From the NCBI GenBank assembly GCA_036170235.1, contig JAVHOW010000016.1, positions 5,511 to 69,510 of the forward strand: a DNA stretch of 64,000 nucleotides. The letters run 5' to 3'. The first letter of the stretch is position 1. The number at the start of each line of letters is the position of its first letter. This DNA is from Minisyncoccota bacterium. GTDB lineage: Bacteria > Patescibacteriota > Minisyncoccia > Phycocordibacterales > PALSA-1337. The position numbers and the translations under genes were made by a program. Shown one piece after another: positions 49,503 to 59,698 of this stretch. Under the pieces are notes generated by a model that was not told the DNA's origin, did not search any database, and worked only from the letters and a program-made list of their open reading frames with translations.

Positions 49503-50204
49503 ATGGAAATCAAAACCCCAGACAAAAAGAGCATAGAAGCAATGTTCACAGCAGGAGCTCACTTCGGACTTGGACGTTCACGACGTCATCCTACAGTGAC
49601 CCCATTCATTTTTGGTACAAAGAATACCACGGACATTTTCGACCTCGAAAAGACTGCCGATACACTCGAAAACGTCAAAACTATGATTTCTGCGCTAGCA
49701 AAGGAGGGCAAGACTATCCTCTTTGTCGGTGGCAAGAAGGAAGCCTCTGTAGCCGTCAAAAACGCCGCTATGTCGATAAATATGCCGTATGTAGATGGTC
49801 GCTGGATTGGTGGCTCTTTGAGCAATTTTGGCCAGATCAGGAAGCGCATCGATCGCTATGAGAAACTTATTTCTGATCGCGAAAAAGGCGAACTTTTAAA
49901 GTACACCAAGCGTGAGCGCATGTTGATCGACAAAGAGATCGCATCTCTTGAGAAGATGTTCTATGGCATTGTTTCTTTGAAGAAGATGCCAGATGTTATT
50001 TTCATGATTGATCCTCGTCGTGAGAAAAATGCCGTTAAAGAAGCAACTGATATGAATATTCCAGTTATTGCTCTTTCTGGTTCTGATTGCAACATTACCG
50101 AAGTCAAATATCCTATTGTTGGCAACGATGCATCAAAAGCAAGTATTGGTTTTTTCCTAGATGAGATTGTGAAAGCCTATCAGACTGGAAAAAAGGTTAG
50201 TTAA
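49503..50204 (+). CDS. rpsB: 30S protein uS2
   Basis: AGAHFG, RW.GG.L.NF, GND; promoter TTGACT-17-TAGTCT at 49463-49491. Confidence 0.96.
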   Translation: MEIKTPDKKSIEAMFTAGAHFGLGRSRRHPTVTPFIFGTKNTTDIFDLEKTADTLENVKTMISALAKEGKTILFVGGKKEASVAVKNAAMSINMPYVDGRWIGGSLSNFGQIRKRIDRYEKLISDREKGELLKYTKRERMLIDKEIASLEKMFYGIVSLKKMPDVIFMIDPRREKNAVKEATDMNIPVIALSGSDCNITEVKYPIVGNDASKASIGFFLDEIVKAYQTGKKVS

Positions 50205-50453
50205 GCATACGCTCCGAGGCTACAAGCCTTTATTCCCATGATCAGCCCATTCCTGTTATGGAAATCGAATAAGAATACCGACAAAGAGAAACCGCCCAGT
50301 TCTGATGTTTCTTCTTTGAAAAATCTCAAAGAAAAACAGGCCTTATTATCAAAGAAATTCTCCATTCCATCCGATCAGATTCCAAAAATTCCAATAACTG
50401 ACCAATCAACACCAAATAATTCATCAAAATCATCAACTAATCAATCAACTATT

Positions 50454-51050
50454 ATGTCATCAACAATCACTACCGAACAAGTCAAAGCTCTTCGTGACCA
50501 AACTGGCATTTCTGTTATGCAGTGCAAGAAAGCTCTCGAAGAAGCTGGAGGTGATACAGAGAAAGCTATAGTCATCTTGCGCAAGAAAAGTGGTGAATTA
50601 TCAGCCAAGAAGGGCGATCGTACTTTCGGTGCAGGTACAATTCAGGCATATATTCATGCCACTGGAACAGTTGGAACTATTGTCGAGCTCAATTGTGAGA
50701 CTGATTTCGTTGCCAACAATGACGGATTTAAAACCTTGGCACGCGATATTGCCATGCACATTACAGCTACAAACCCAAAGTTTTTGAACAAAGATGATAT
50801 AAAAGAATCAGACATGACTGCTGCACGTTCTGTTTTCGAAGAAGAAGTAAAGGGCAAGCCAGCCGCAATGAAAGACAAGATTCTTGCTGGCAAGCTCGAT
50901 ACTTATTTTGCTGAAATGGTGCTTGCAAATCAGCCATTCATCAAGAATCCAGAAACGACTATCCAAGGACTAGTTGACGCCGCTGTCCAGAAATTCGGCG
51001 AAAAGATCGCTGTTGCGCGTTTCAAGAGGTTCAAGGTGTTGGAGAATTAG
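50454..51050 (+). CDS. tsf: Elongation factor Ts (short type)
   Basis: VK.LR..TG...M.CKKAL, ELNCETDFVA, IAMHI.A. Confidence 0.96.
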   Translation: MSSTITTEQVKALRDQTGISVMQCKKALEEAGGDTEKAIVILRKKSGELSAKKGDRTFGAGTIQAYIHATGTVGTIVELNCETDFVANNDGFKTLARDIAMHITATNPKFLNKDDIKESDMTAARSVFEEEVKGKPAAMKDKILAGKLDTYFAEMVLANQPFIKNPETTIQGLVDAAVQKFGEKIAVARFKRFKVLEN

Positions 51051-51117
51051 CTTGTTGAAATTCAAGGAGTAAGGTTAAGGTGCGATTATTCGAATCTCTA
51101 ATTACTAATCTCCAATT

Positions 51118-51492
51118 ATGTACACCACTATCATCACATTCTACATAGCATTTCTCATCGTTATAGCGATGATCCTTTTGAAACGCCACGAAGTGAAGAG
51201 TGGACATCCAACTATTATTTCTCGCCTTGGCCGTGGCAGTGACCATATCTTCCATGCTATTTTTGGTACTGTTGGAAACGCTTGGTCTTATGTTAACAAA
51301 CATACGTTTGTGGCTTTGGCGCACTGGATAGCGTTCCATATTCTGCTTCGTATCCGCAAAGTCTATGTTGAGGTCAAGTCGCGCGCTATTGCCAATCCAC
51401 AAGGCAAAAAAATGCTCGATGCTGTCCGTGGTCGTGGTGAGGTCAAGAATCACGGAGCTTCGTTTTATTTGAGGAGGATTTCGGAGAAGTAG
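51118..51492 (+). CDS. Hypothetical membrane-anchored protein
   Basis: N-terminal TM; C-terminal S.YL..I motif. Confidence 0.6.
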   Translation: MYTTIITFYIAFLIVIAMILLKRHEVKSGHPTIISRLGRGSDHIFHAIFGTVGNAWSYVNKHTFVALAHWIAFHILLRIRKVYVEVKSRAIANPQGKKMLDAVRGRGEVKNHGASFYLRRISEK

Positions 51493-51643
51493 GAAGTGTG
51501 ATTCGTGTAAGGTGTGTGGAATTTTTTTTGTTGCAAAAATGTGAAAAAATTGGTAGTCTGTTTATCATCGCCGACATAGCTGTCTTGGTAGGTATCGACA
51601 CAAGGTGATAGTGTAGATTAAAAATGTAATGTTCGTATGGTTT

Positions 51644-51719
51644 GCCGACATAGCTCAGTTGGTAGAGCGCCACTTTTGTAAAGTGGATGTCCGGGGTTCG
51701 ATCCCTCGTGTCGGCTCCA
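51644..51719 (+). tRNA. tRNA-Thr (UGU) with encoded CCA
   Basis: GCCGACA/TGTCGGC, CCACT-TTTGTAA-AGTGG, GGTTCGATCC. Confidence 0.95.
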
Positions 51720-51791
51720 GAATTAGTTCTAATATATTTGGATCGTATTCATAAGGTGAAATATTCCCGTTTTTTTGCTACAGTAGTATGC

Positions 51792-52511
51792 ATGAATCCC
51801 AAAGAGCTGAGTATCCAAAAAGGTCACTTACACCCAATGACGCAAATGATTCGCGAGATTCAAACGATCTTCGAGGAGATTGGTTTTGAGGTGGCACAAG
51901 GACCGGAGTTGGAGACGGAATTCTACAATTTTGACGCGCTTAATATTCCTGCGAATCATCCAGCTAGAGCGATGCAAGATACGTTTTGGGTGAATACATT
52001 AAAAGGGTCAAAAGATCGTCTTGTTTTGCGTACGCACACGTCACCAGTGCAGATCCGCTATATGCAGACACATAAGCCACCATTCAAAATTATTGTACCA
52101 GGCAAGGTCTATCGCAATGAGGCGACGGATGCCACGCATGAGGCGCAATTTTATCAGGTTGAGGGACTTTATGTTGCCGAAAAAGTTTCAATGGCGGAAC
52201 TCAAGGGCACCATGGAATACTTTTTCAAAAAATTATTTGGTGATGATGTCCAGCTTCGTTTTCGTCCAAGCTTCTTTCCATTCGTTGAACCTGGTGCGGA
52301 AGCGGACATATTCTTCAAAGGGAAGTGGTTGGAGGTAATGGGTGCTGGTCCAGTCCATGAAAACGTCTTGCGCACAGCTGGCATTGATCCAGAAAAATAT
52401 TCGGGGTTTGCGTTTGGCGGAGGTATTGATAGATTGTTGATGATTAAATATGGTTTGGATGATATTCGTCAGGTGTATTCGGGGGATTTGAGGTTTGTTA
52501 ATCAGTTTTAA
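51792..52511 (+). CDS. pheS: Phenylalanyl-tRNA synthetase alpha (no N-terminal coiled coil)
   Basis: HPAR.MQDTF, LRTHTSPVQ, FPFVEP, GFAFG.G.DR. Confidence 0.96.
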   Translation: MNPKELSIQKGHLHPMTQMIREIQTIFEEIGFEVAQGPELETEFYNFDALNIPANHPARAMQDTFWVNTLKGSKDRLVLRTHTSPVQIRYMQTHKPPFKIIVPGKVYRNEATDATHEAQFYQVEGLYVAEKVSMAELKGTMEYFFKKLFGDDVQLRFRPSFFPFVEPGAEADIFFKGKWLEVMGAGPVHENVLRTAGIDPEKYSGFAFGGGIDRLLMIKYGLDDIRQVYSGDLRFVNQF

Positions 52512-52513
52512 TA

Positions 52514-53878
52514 ATGAAAATTTCCTACACACAACTGCAAACATACCTTGAAGACAAACTTCCAACACCAGAAAAGTTGGCTGACGCTTTCACTTTTCAT
52601 GCATTCGAAATCGAGAGTATGGAGAAGGAGGGTGACGATACCATTTTAGACATAAAAGTTTTGCCAGATCGCGCTTGTTACGCAAAATCTTATGAAGGTA
52701 TTGCGCGAGAAGTGTCGGCGATTCTTGGTTTGAAAAAGAAAGCAGAAAAAGTGAAAATTCCCGATTCGAAGCACACGATTACTGTTTCAATTTCTCAAAT
52801 AAATGAAGTGCTTGGTTCGGATATTTCACAAAAAGAAGCGGTTTCGATTTTGACTAGAATGGACATTAAAGTTACAGAAAAAGGGGATATTCTCGAGCTC
52901 TCAGTACCCTGCGATAGGCTTGATTTGCAGTCATGGCGCGATATTCCCGAGGAAGTTGGACGTATTTATGGTTATGACAAAATTAAGTCGATTTTGCCAA
53001 AAAATACTACATTTAAGCCTATTGTTGAGAAAGCATTTTATTACACTGAAAAGATCAAGAATATTCTAGTTTCTGCGGGTTTTTCCGAAGTTTACACCTA
53101 CAGTTTAGTTGCAAAAGGCGTGTATGAAATCGAGAAACCTTTGGCGGCTGATAAGAATCATTTGCGAACAAATCTGACTGATGGAATAGTGAAGTCGCTT
53201 GAGTTCAACGCACGAAATGCTGATTTGCTTGGCTTGGATGAGATTAAAATCTTTGAGATTGGTAAAGTGTTTACAAAAGATGGCGAGCACACTTCGTTGT
53301 GTGTTGGGATAAAAAATATCAAGAAAGCAAAAGGTGCTGAGTTGGCAAAAGAAAAAATTAAAAAAGTTCGCGACGAGGTGCTTAAAGTTCTTGAAGTAAA
53401 TGCGACTATTCTCTGCACGGTTGATGATTCTGGCGGAATTATTTCTTTGAATGTGGAAGCGGTTGGTATGACCAATAATTCAGACGGGATTTTCGAAATT
53501 AATCTTGATAAAGTGGTGGCGACGTTATCGGAGCCTAATTCGTATGCGGATCTCAATTTTAGTAAGGCTACAACGATAGAATACAAGAAGTTTTCTGTAT
53601 ATCCGTTCATTGTGCGCGATATAGCTGTTTTTGTCCAAGGTCCGACCTTGGACACTGAAGTTTGGTCTGTAATAGAAAAAGTTCTGAATGAGGTTGGTGC
53701 CGCGAATTTATTGGCTCATCATTCATTGTTCGATACATTCAAAAAAGATGGCAAAGTTTCGTACGCTTATAGGATGATATTCCAATCTATGGAAAAAACT
53801 CTAACAGATGACGAGGTTAATTCTATTATGGAAAAAATTTATGCTGAAATAAAAGGTAAGGGTTGGGAGGTGAGGTAA
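52514..53878 (+). CDS. pheT: Phenylalanyl-tRNA synthetase beta (reduced)
   Basis: D...PDR, R.DL....D..EEVGRIYGY, IFEIG.VF, P...RDIA anticodon-binding domain. Confidence 0.9.
   Translation: MKISYTQLQTYLEDKLPTPEKLADAFTFHAFEIESMEKEGDDTILDIKVLPDRACYAKSYEGIAREVSAILGLKKKAEKVKIPDSKHTITVSISQINEVLGSDISQKEAVSILTRMDIKVTEKGDILELSVPCDRLDLQSWRDIPEEVGRIYGYDKIKSILPKNTTFKPIVEKAFYYTEKIKNILVSAGFSEVYTYSLVAKGVYEIEKPLAADKNHLRTNLTDGIVKSLEFNARNADLLGLDEIKIFEIGKVFTKDGEHTSLCVGIKNIKKAKGAELAKEKIKKVRDEVLKVLEVNATILCTVDDSGGIISLNVEAVGMTNNSDGIFEINLDKVVATLSEPNSYADLNFSKATTIEYKKFSVYPFIVRDIAVFVQGPTLDTEVWSVIEKVLNEVGAANLLAHHSLFDTFKKDGKVSYAYRMIFQSMEKTLTDDEVNSIMEKIYAEIKGKGWEVR
53634..53652 (+). repeat. REP copy 6, in frame inside pheT (VQGPTLD)
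   Basis: TGTCCAAGGTCCGACCTTGGACA. Confidence 0.9.
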
Positions 53879-54044
53879 AATCCGAGGGCGGCTCCGCTCG
53901 CAGGCTCGCCGGGTTGCTTGCGTAAATTTTTTTTGGCGTTATAATTGTCACATATATTTTTCTCAAGGAAGCTACACGAAATTAGATTGAACTTGTAGGT
54001 GTAGCGATGGGTCCGATTATAAACAAAATAAGCAATACCTATAT

Positions 54045-54497
54045 ATGACTAATATGACTATTTCACCTATACAACCAATTCGAGGGGATTACGTTACAAA
54101 AGGAGAGTTCGGAGAATTCAAAGCTGAAATGCGCAATTTTCACTTCGGGTTCAATGATTTTAGAGAGGAGATGTATATTTTCAAAGATGATGTCTCAAAA
54201 CGCTTTGATGCCGTAGATGCACGCTTTGGTGCTGTAGATTCACACTTTGATGCTGTTGATGCACGCTTTGATGCTGTTGATTCACGGTTTGATGCTGTTG
54301 ATGCTCGATTTGATTCAATAGATGCTCGATTAGGTTCACATGATACACGTTTAGCTGGTATTGATAAACGGATCGATGTATTAACCAAGAGTCTGTTTGA
54401 ATTTCGTGAGGAAGTTCCACGATATATGAAAACGTTACAAGAAGGATTTCGTGAGGATCTTAGAATAGCGCTCGAAATACATAGCACTCAAAAATAA
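54045..54497 (+). CDS. Coiled-coil protein with RFDAVDA heptad repeats
   Basis: YVTK.EF motif then about eight heptads. Confidence 0.75.
   Translation: MTNMTISPIQPIRGDYVTKGEFGEFKAEMRNFHFGFNDFREEMYIFKDDVSKRFDAVDARFGAVDSHFDAVDARFDAVDSRFDAVDARFDSIDARLGSHDTRLAGIDKRIDVLTKSLFEFREEVPRYMKTLQEGFREDLRIALEIHSTQK
54201..54368 (+). repeat. Coding 21-bp tandem repeat
   Basis: About eight degenerate CGCTTTGATGCTGTTGATGCA units. Confidence 0.85.
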
Positions 54498-54697
54498 GAG
54501 GTATTTTTATCCACAATTAACCCCTTTTTCGCCTTGAAAAGCGCTTTCTTTGTGCACCAGAATCTGCTATAATTAGAGGCATAAAAGCAACAAAATAAAG
54601 GAGCAAAATAAGCCCATATTAAGCCATATTCTGACCCTTTTAGTAGTATCATTTTTTATTTATATTTTATTTACATTTCATTTAATAATAATTCCAC

Positions 54698-56869
54698 ATG
54701 GCAACCGAAAAAGAGACCAAAAAAAATAAGAAAAATCCTGAAAAAGGCACCGGTAAAGGTGGTTATGATTCCTCATCAATCACCGTACTAGAAGGTCTAG
54801 AACCAGTGCGCAAGCGTCCTGGAATGTATATTGGCACAACTGGACCAGATGGTCTTCACCACCTCATCACAGAAATTTTCGACAACTCTCGTGACGAGGC
54901 TATGGGTGGTTTTGCCAATGATATTGAGATCGTACTTTTGCCAAACAATCGTGTTCGCGTAGTTGATAATGGTCGCGGTATTCCAGTAGATGTACACAAG
55001 CAGACCAAAATTTCCGCATTGGAAATGGTTATGACAGTTCTTCATGCTGGAGGCAAATTTGGCGGTGAAGATAGTGGGTATAAAGGTGCTACAGGAGGTC
55101 TTCATGGTGTCGGTGCGTCGGTGGTCAATGCTTTGTCAGTGTACGCGCAGGTTTTGGTGCACAAGGACGGTGGTATTTATATGCAGGAATATTCGATCGG
55201 CAAACGCAAAGCCGCGGTGAAAAAGATTGGTTCAAGTAAACTTCATGGAACTATCGTGACTTTCCAACCAGATTCAGAAATTTTCAAAGAAGGTGTTGTT
55301 TTCGATTTCAATCGTGTAGTCAATCATATGCGCCAACAAGCGTATCTAGTTCGTGGACTTCGGATCAGTGTTATTGATGCGCGTGGTCAGGTTGCTGGTT
55401 TTGGTTCAGATAATGAACTATTTTATATTCGCGATACTGGTGTTGACGCGCCATCCTACACTTTCTTTTTCGAAGGAGGTTTGGTTTCATTGATCAAATT
55501 TACCAATCAACTCTACAAACCGATCCACAAAAATATTTTCTATGTTGAGAAAAAGGTAGAAGGTGTGGAGTCAGTCGAAGTTGCTTTGCAGTATTCCGAT
55601 GATGTTTCATCGCGTGTTATGGCTTTTGCGAACAATATTAGCAACCCAGAAGGAGGCACACACATAACTGGTTTCAAGACGTCACTCACTCGTACTTTGA
55701 ATACTTATGCAAAAAATAACAATTTGTCGAAAAATGGCGAAGATAGCTTCACTGGTGATGATGCTTTGGAAGGACTGACATCTGTTGTTTCAGTCAAACT
55801 TCGTGAAGTCCAGTTTGAAGGTCAAACCAAGGCCAAACTCGGCTCTATGGAGGCTCAGGGCGCCGTAGCGACTGTTTTTGGTGATGCGTTCGCAGCATTT
55901 TTAGAGGAAAATCCTGACGATGCGCGTGGTATCATTAACAAAGTTATTTTGGCTATGAAGGCCCGTAAGGCCGCCAAAGCCGCCAAAGATTCAGTTTTGC
56001 GCAAAGGTGCTTTGGAAGGTATGACTTTGCCTGGCAAGCTCGCTGATTGCCAGTCGAGTGATCCTGCGGAATCCGAAATCTTCATCGTAGAAGGAGACTC
56101 TGCTGGTGGTACTGCCAAACAAGGTCGTGATCGTCGCATCCAAGCTATTCTGCCACTTCGCGGAAAAATTTTGAACATTGAACGCGCGCGGTTAGATCGT
56201 ATGCTCGGTTCAGAACAGATCAAGAATCTGGTCTTGGCATTCGGTACAGCGATCGGTGATACATTCGATATTTCCAAACTTCGTTATCACAAAATTATTT
56301 TAGCAACAGATGCTGACGTTGACGGTGCGCATATTCGCACACTTATTTTGACGCTTTTGTATCGTTATTTCCGTCCACTCATCGATGGTGGCCACGTTTA
56401 CATTGCTCAACCACCCTTGTACAAGGTGAAAAAAGGCAAAGAAATTCTTTATTTCTATAGTGATGAAGAAAAGATCAGGGCGCTCGGCAAGGAGGCTGAA
56501 ACTATTGAACAAGCGGAAGCTGACCTTGATATGCAAGATGCAAATAATATCCAATCACGAGCCGAACTTCTGGAGCGTGCTGAAGCAGAATCGGACGCAG
56601 AATTGGCACCCTCCTCCGCTGAAGCTACGGAGGGCAAGGAAGGGAAGACACCAAAAATTTCAATCCAGCGCTATAAGGGTCTTGGTGAAATGAACCATTA
56701 TGAACTTTGGGAGACCACTATGGATCCAGCTCGTCGCATTCTTCGCCAAGTGACTGTTGATGATGCACAAGATGCGGATAAGGTGTTCGATATGCTGATG
56801 GGTGATGATGTTCCTGCTAGAAAATCATTTATTCAAAGCAATGCGAAGTTGGCGACGTTGGATATTTAG
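54698..56869 (+). CDS. gyrB: DNA gyrase subunit B
   Basis: VRKRPGMYIG, GLHGVGASVVNALS, VEGDSAGG, PLRGKILN, DADVDG, RYKGLGEMN. Confidence 0.97.
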   Translation: MATEKETKKNKKNPEKGTGKGGYDSSSITVLEGLEPVRKRPGMYIGTTGPDGLHHLITEIFDNSRDEAMGGFANDIEIVLLPNNRVRVVDNGRGIPVDVHKQTKISALEMVMTVLHAGGKFGGEDSGYKGATGGLHGVGASVVNALSVYAQVLVHKDGGIYMQEYSIGKRKAAVKKIGSSKLHGTIVTFQPDSEIFKEGVVFDFNRVVNHMRQQAYLVRGLRISVIDARGQVAGFGSDNELFYIRDTGVDAPSYTFFFEGGLVSLIKFTNQLYKPIHKNIFYVEKKVEGVESVEVALQYSDDVSSRVMAFANNISNPEGGTHITGFKTSLTRTLNTYAKNNNLSKNGEDSFTGDDALEGLTSVVSVKLREVQFEGQTKAKLGSMEAQGAVATVFGDAFAAFLEENPDDARGIINKVILAMKARKAAKAAKDSVLRKGALEGMTLPGKLADCQSSDPAESEIFIVEGDSAGGTAKQGRDRRIQAILPLRGKILNIERARLDRMLGSEQIKNLVLAFGTAIGDTFDISKLRYHKIILATDADVDGAHIRTLILTLLYRYFRPLIDGGHVYIAQPPLYKVKKGKEILYFYSDEEKIRALGKEAETIEQAEADLDMQDANNIQSRAELLERAEAESDAELAPSSAEATEGKEGKTPKISIQRYKGLGEMNHYELWETTMDPARRILRQVTVDDAQDADKVFDMLMGDDVPARKSFIQSNAKLATLDI
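56613..56640 (+). repeat. 28-bp palindromic repeat in gyrB, identical to the rplE copy
   Basis: CCTCCGCTGAAGCTACGGAGGGCAAGGA. Confidence 0.9.
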
Positions 56870-56873
56870 TAAA

Positions 56874-56907
56874 TTAAAAATACCCTTGAGCAAGGGTATT
56901 TTTAATT
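56874..56907. terminator. Bidirectional terminator between gyrB and hsp20
   Basis: AAAAATACCCTTG-AG-CAAGGGTATTTTT. Confidence 0.8.
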
Positions 56908-56908
56908 C

Positions 56909-57373
56909 TTACACCGTCTTGACCTTCAACTTTGACTGTCTCTTCTTGTCTAATTTGGGTAATTTCAAGATGAGTAAACCATGCTTTTCAACCGCCTCTG
57001 CTTCATCTACGTCAATCTCTTCGGGAAGCTGAACGGTACGCGAGAATGAACCCCAAAATAGTTCACGAGTAAAATAATCTTCATCACGGGCTATACGTTC
57101 TTCTTCGCGGGTACCACGAATAGTGACCATATCACGAGTAATAGAAACATCTAGATCTTCTGGACGTACACCAGCAATCATGGCTTTGACTACGATCATT
57201 TCAGGCGTCTGATAGACGTCAATTGTGAGCTCGGCGTCTTTGTCGGACTCTTCTTCGATCCAAGTCGCGACTTCTCCACTACCTTTTTTTGCAACTTTAG
57301 TTTCTGCTGATTCATCGTCCATACGGACGGTGCCAGTGAGACGCTCGAAGAATGATCTTTTGTCTTTTGCCAT
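56909..57373 (-). CDS. Hsp20/alpha-crystallin small heat-shock protein
   Basis: DVYQT, AGV..EDL, RE..WG.FSR...LP, GLL...LPK. Confidence 0.93.
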   Translation of the reverse strand: MAKDKRSFFERLTGTVRMDDESAETKVAKKGSGEVATWIEEESDKDAELTIDVYQTPEMIVVKAMIAGVRPEDLDVSITRDMVTIRGTREEERIARDEDYFTRELFWGSFSRTVQLPEEIDVDEAEAVEKHGLLILKLPKLDKKRQSKLKVKTV

Positions 57374-57523
57374 AGTAATATTTAGTAAGATGTATTAAGA
57401 ATTTCCTTGTAATTATAGAGCAAATAAGAAATTAAAGGAAGATTGATAAAGGTTGATAGTGTGTACAACCCTGAATCTTGTACAAAGTAACAAATTCAGG
57501 ATCCGTAGTCGCATGACTATAAG

Positions 57524-58213
57524 TCACCACAACTTCGGACGGACGACTTTTATTTCTTCAAATAGAATAATCATGATAACAACTGCTCCCCAAATCCAAG
57601 AAAATGTTTTGAGCGTGTCCATGGGATTTGATTCGAGGATAGAAAGATTGAACGCGGTGTGTATTGCGATTGCTCCGCATAGTCCGACTATAATAGCAAT
57701 AATTTTTGTGAATTTACCGTGGTAAAAAACATATCCTAGCGTAAATCCAACACTTGCCGAACTGACGACGTGAAGAAGAGTCGCGCCCATAAAGCGCATA
57801 TTTCCAGTAACAATACTTCTGGCAATTTCTCCGCCAGAGAGCGGACCCATAATAAAAAGCGCATTTTCTAAAGCGGCGAAACCAAGAGCAGTAACAATGC
57901 AGTAAATCATCGCATCGATAGGTTCATCGTTTTCTTTTGAATGTAGAGCAATGACGGCAACAGCTATGAATTTGGATATTTCTTCAACTGCCGCCCAAAG
58001 AGTATAACGAATGGTTTCATCATTATATATGCTAGCGACATATTTTTCCGCGAACACAGCCGCGATAACTGCTGCCATGCCGCCTAGAAAACATGCAACA
58101 AGCAATGAGCGTGGTTCAGGATGCTGACGATCTTCGCGGAGCCAAAACCAGAGCCAAATAAAAGAGGGAAGTAGTCCAGATAATATTGCGTATGTAAGAG
58201 CGGTGGCTGACAT
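57524..58213 (-). CDS. PrsW-family intramembrane protease
   Basis: PEP, EE..K, GFA..EN, R......H, H..FN. Confidence 0.9.
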   Translation of the reverse strand: MSATALTYAILSGLLPSFIWLWFWLREDRQHPEPRSLLVACFLGGMAAVIAAVFAEKYVASIYNDETIRYTLWAAVEEISKFIAVAVIALHSKENDEPIDAMIYCIVTALGFAALENALFIMGPLSGGEIARSIVTGNMRFMGATLLHVVSSASVGFTLGYVFYHGKFTKIIAIIVGLCGAIAIHTAFNLSILESNPMDTLKTFSWIWGAVVIMIILFEEIKVVRPKLW

Positions 58214-58435
58214 AGACTTATAATACTAGTATATCAAAGTTTATTTGCGCGCGCCTGTTTACAATAAAAATTTATACTATACTATTGACAAATATGCAAT
58301 TATTTGCTAGAAAGTGTACAGAATCTACATTGTCTATTAGTTGAAGGCAGGACTCACTATTGAGATAATGAATGTTCCTAGTGGACGTTCTTCTGTATTG
58401 TTGATTGATAGACTAAATAGAAAGAAAATTGAAAC

Positions 58436-59554
58436 ATGAAAATGAAACTACTGTTCGTTCTGGCGCTTACTTGCGCTTGCACGATGTCGGCCGTCACTTT
58501 GACGGTCGTGAATGGTGATGACGATAACGTCGTCAACTTCAAAAACACTCAACCAGGATACGTGCCAGCAATTAAGGCCGCTATGCTTGGTTTGCAAAAT
58601 TCGCGTCCCGCGATCGGCGAGAACGGAGTGTATATCTCTTCGGAGCCTGCACTTACATCGCCAAACCTCGGTCAAAGCCGTATTTACGTGATGGCGGGTC
58701 TGGCCGGTGCTGATGTGCCAACGGATCGAACACTCAATCCAGCTGCTTGGAATCGTATTCCAACAACATGGGGAACCAACTTTGGTTTTCAGTGGTTTGA
58801 TATGACGACAACCACTTCATTGAGTTTCATGGGTGCTCCAGCACCTGTGAGTGGTTTGGCTACCAACGAACATGGTCACAGGATAGTTATCTCGTTGAGT
58901 GGTCGAGGAAACCCAAGTGGGTATTACGTCAGAGTTTCCACCTCGTTGACAAATATTGCCTCGGCGTATTTTCCGATCAGCACTAATTCGGTTGGTGACA
59001 CTCCTTTACAGTTCAGCTACACCTTTGTTGGAATCGATTATGGTGAAGATGGTGTTCTGAACAGTGCTTGGAGCGCACAGCTTGGAAAATGGGTCGCAGG
59101 CGGTGACGATACGGTGTATGACGGTAGCCAAGTTTCGCCGGTGTATCCGTATCAAGTCCACATAGATTATTGGCAACGGTTTGGATCAAGCGTGATTCTC
59201 ACTGGAGCAGGACCGTCGAATTTTTCCGATGTAATGGATCAGTTTGCGACTATGCCGATTCCGTGGTTAAAGGCGGAGTTGATTACAGGTGACACTACCG
59301 TAGCGTCTGAAACAGTGACTGCGGCTGTTCCGTCATTGAACATCATGAAATATACGCCAACGATGTACCGATTATTGATTGTGGGGGGTCAATACAATTT
59401 CCCTTATGATCTTGAGTCGGCGACTGACCTAAGTGGCGCTCCTTGGGTGAAAATGCTCGGACAGACGCTGTTTCTTGGCAGTCAAGGACAGTTTGATGTC
59501 ACCAATGCTCTACCCCAAGACTACTTTCGGCTCAAAACACGCCGTACATGGTAG
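58436..59554 (+). CDS. Secreted protein of unknown function
   Basis: Signal peptide; C-terminal Y.LESATDL...PW...YFRL; TTGACA upstream at about 58285. Confidence 0.75.
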   Translation: MKMKLLFVLALTCACTMSAVTLTVVNGDDDNVVNFKNTQPGYVPAIKAAMLGLQNSRPAIGENGVYISSEPALTSPNLGQSRIYVMAGLAGADVPTDRTLNPAAWNRIPTTWGTNFGFQWFDMTTTTSLSFMGAPAPVSGLATNEHGHRIVISLSGRGNPSGYYVRVSTSLTNIASAYFPISTNSVGDTPLQFSYTFVGIDYGEDGVLNSAWSAQLGKWVAGGDDTVYDGSQVSPVYPYQVHIDYWQRFGSSVILTGAGPSNFSDVMDQFATMPIPWLKAELITGDTTVASETVTAAVPSLNIMKYTPTMYRLLIVGGQYNFPYDLESATDLSGAPWVKMLGQTLFLGSQGQFDVTNALPQDYFRLKTRRTW

Positions 59555-59698
59555 ACACCTTCTCTGATCCTTGAGGGTTCTGGAAAAAATGTTAAACGGC
59601 TTGCCATTCGTGGTGAGCCGTTTTTTTGTTGACAAATATTCATATGTATGATAGCTTTTTGCTATTATAAAAATTCGTAAGAATATTTGAACACACAT

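Noticed and set aside
50238-50453. 72-codon N-terminal extension of EF-Ts
   Set aside because: Low-complexity sequence; homology begins at ATG 50454
54201-54368. Possible CRISPR array
   Set aside because: Contiguous coding 21-bp units with no spacers; no cas genes in the window
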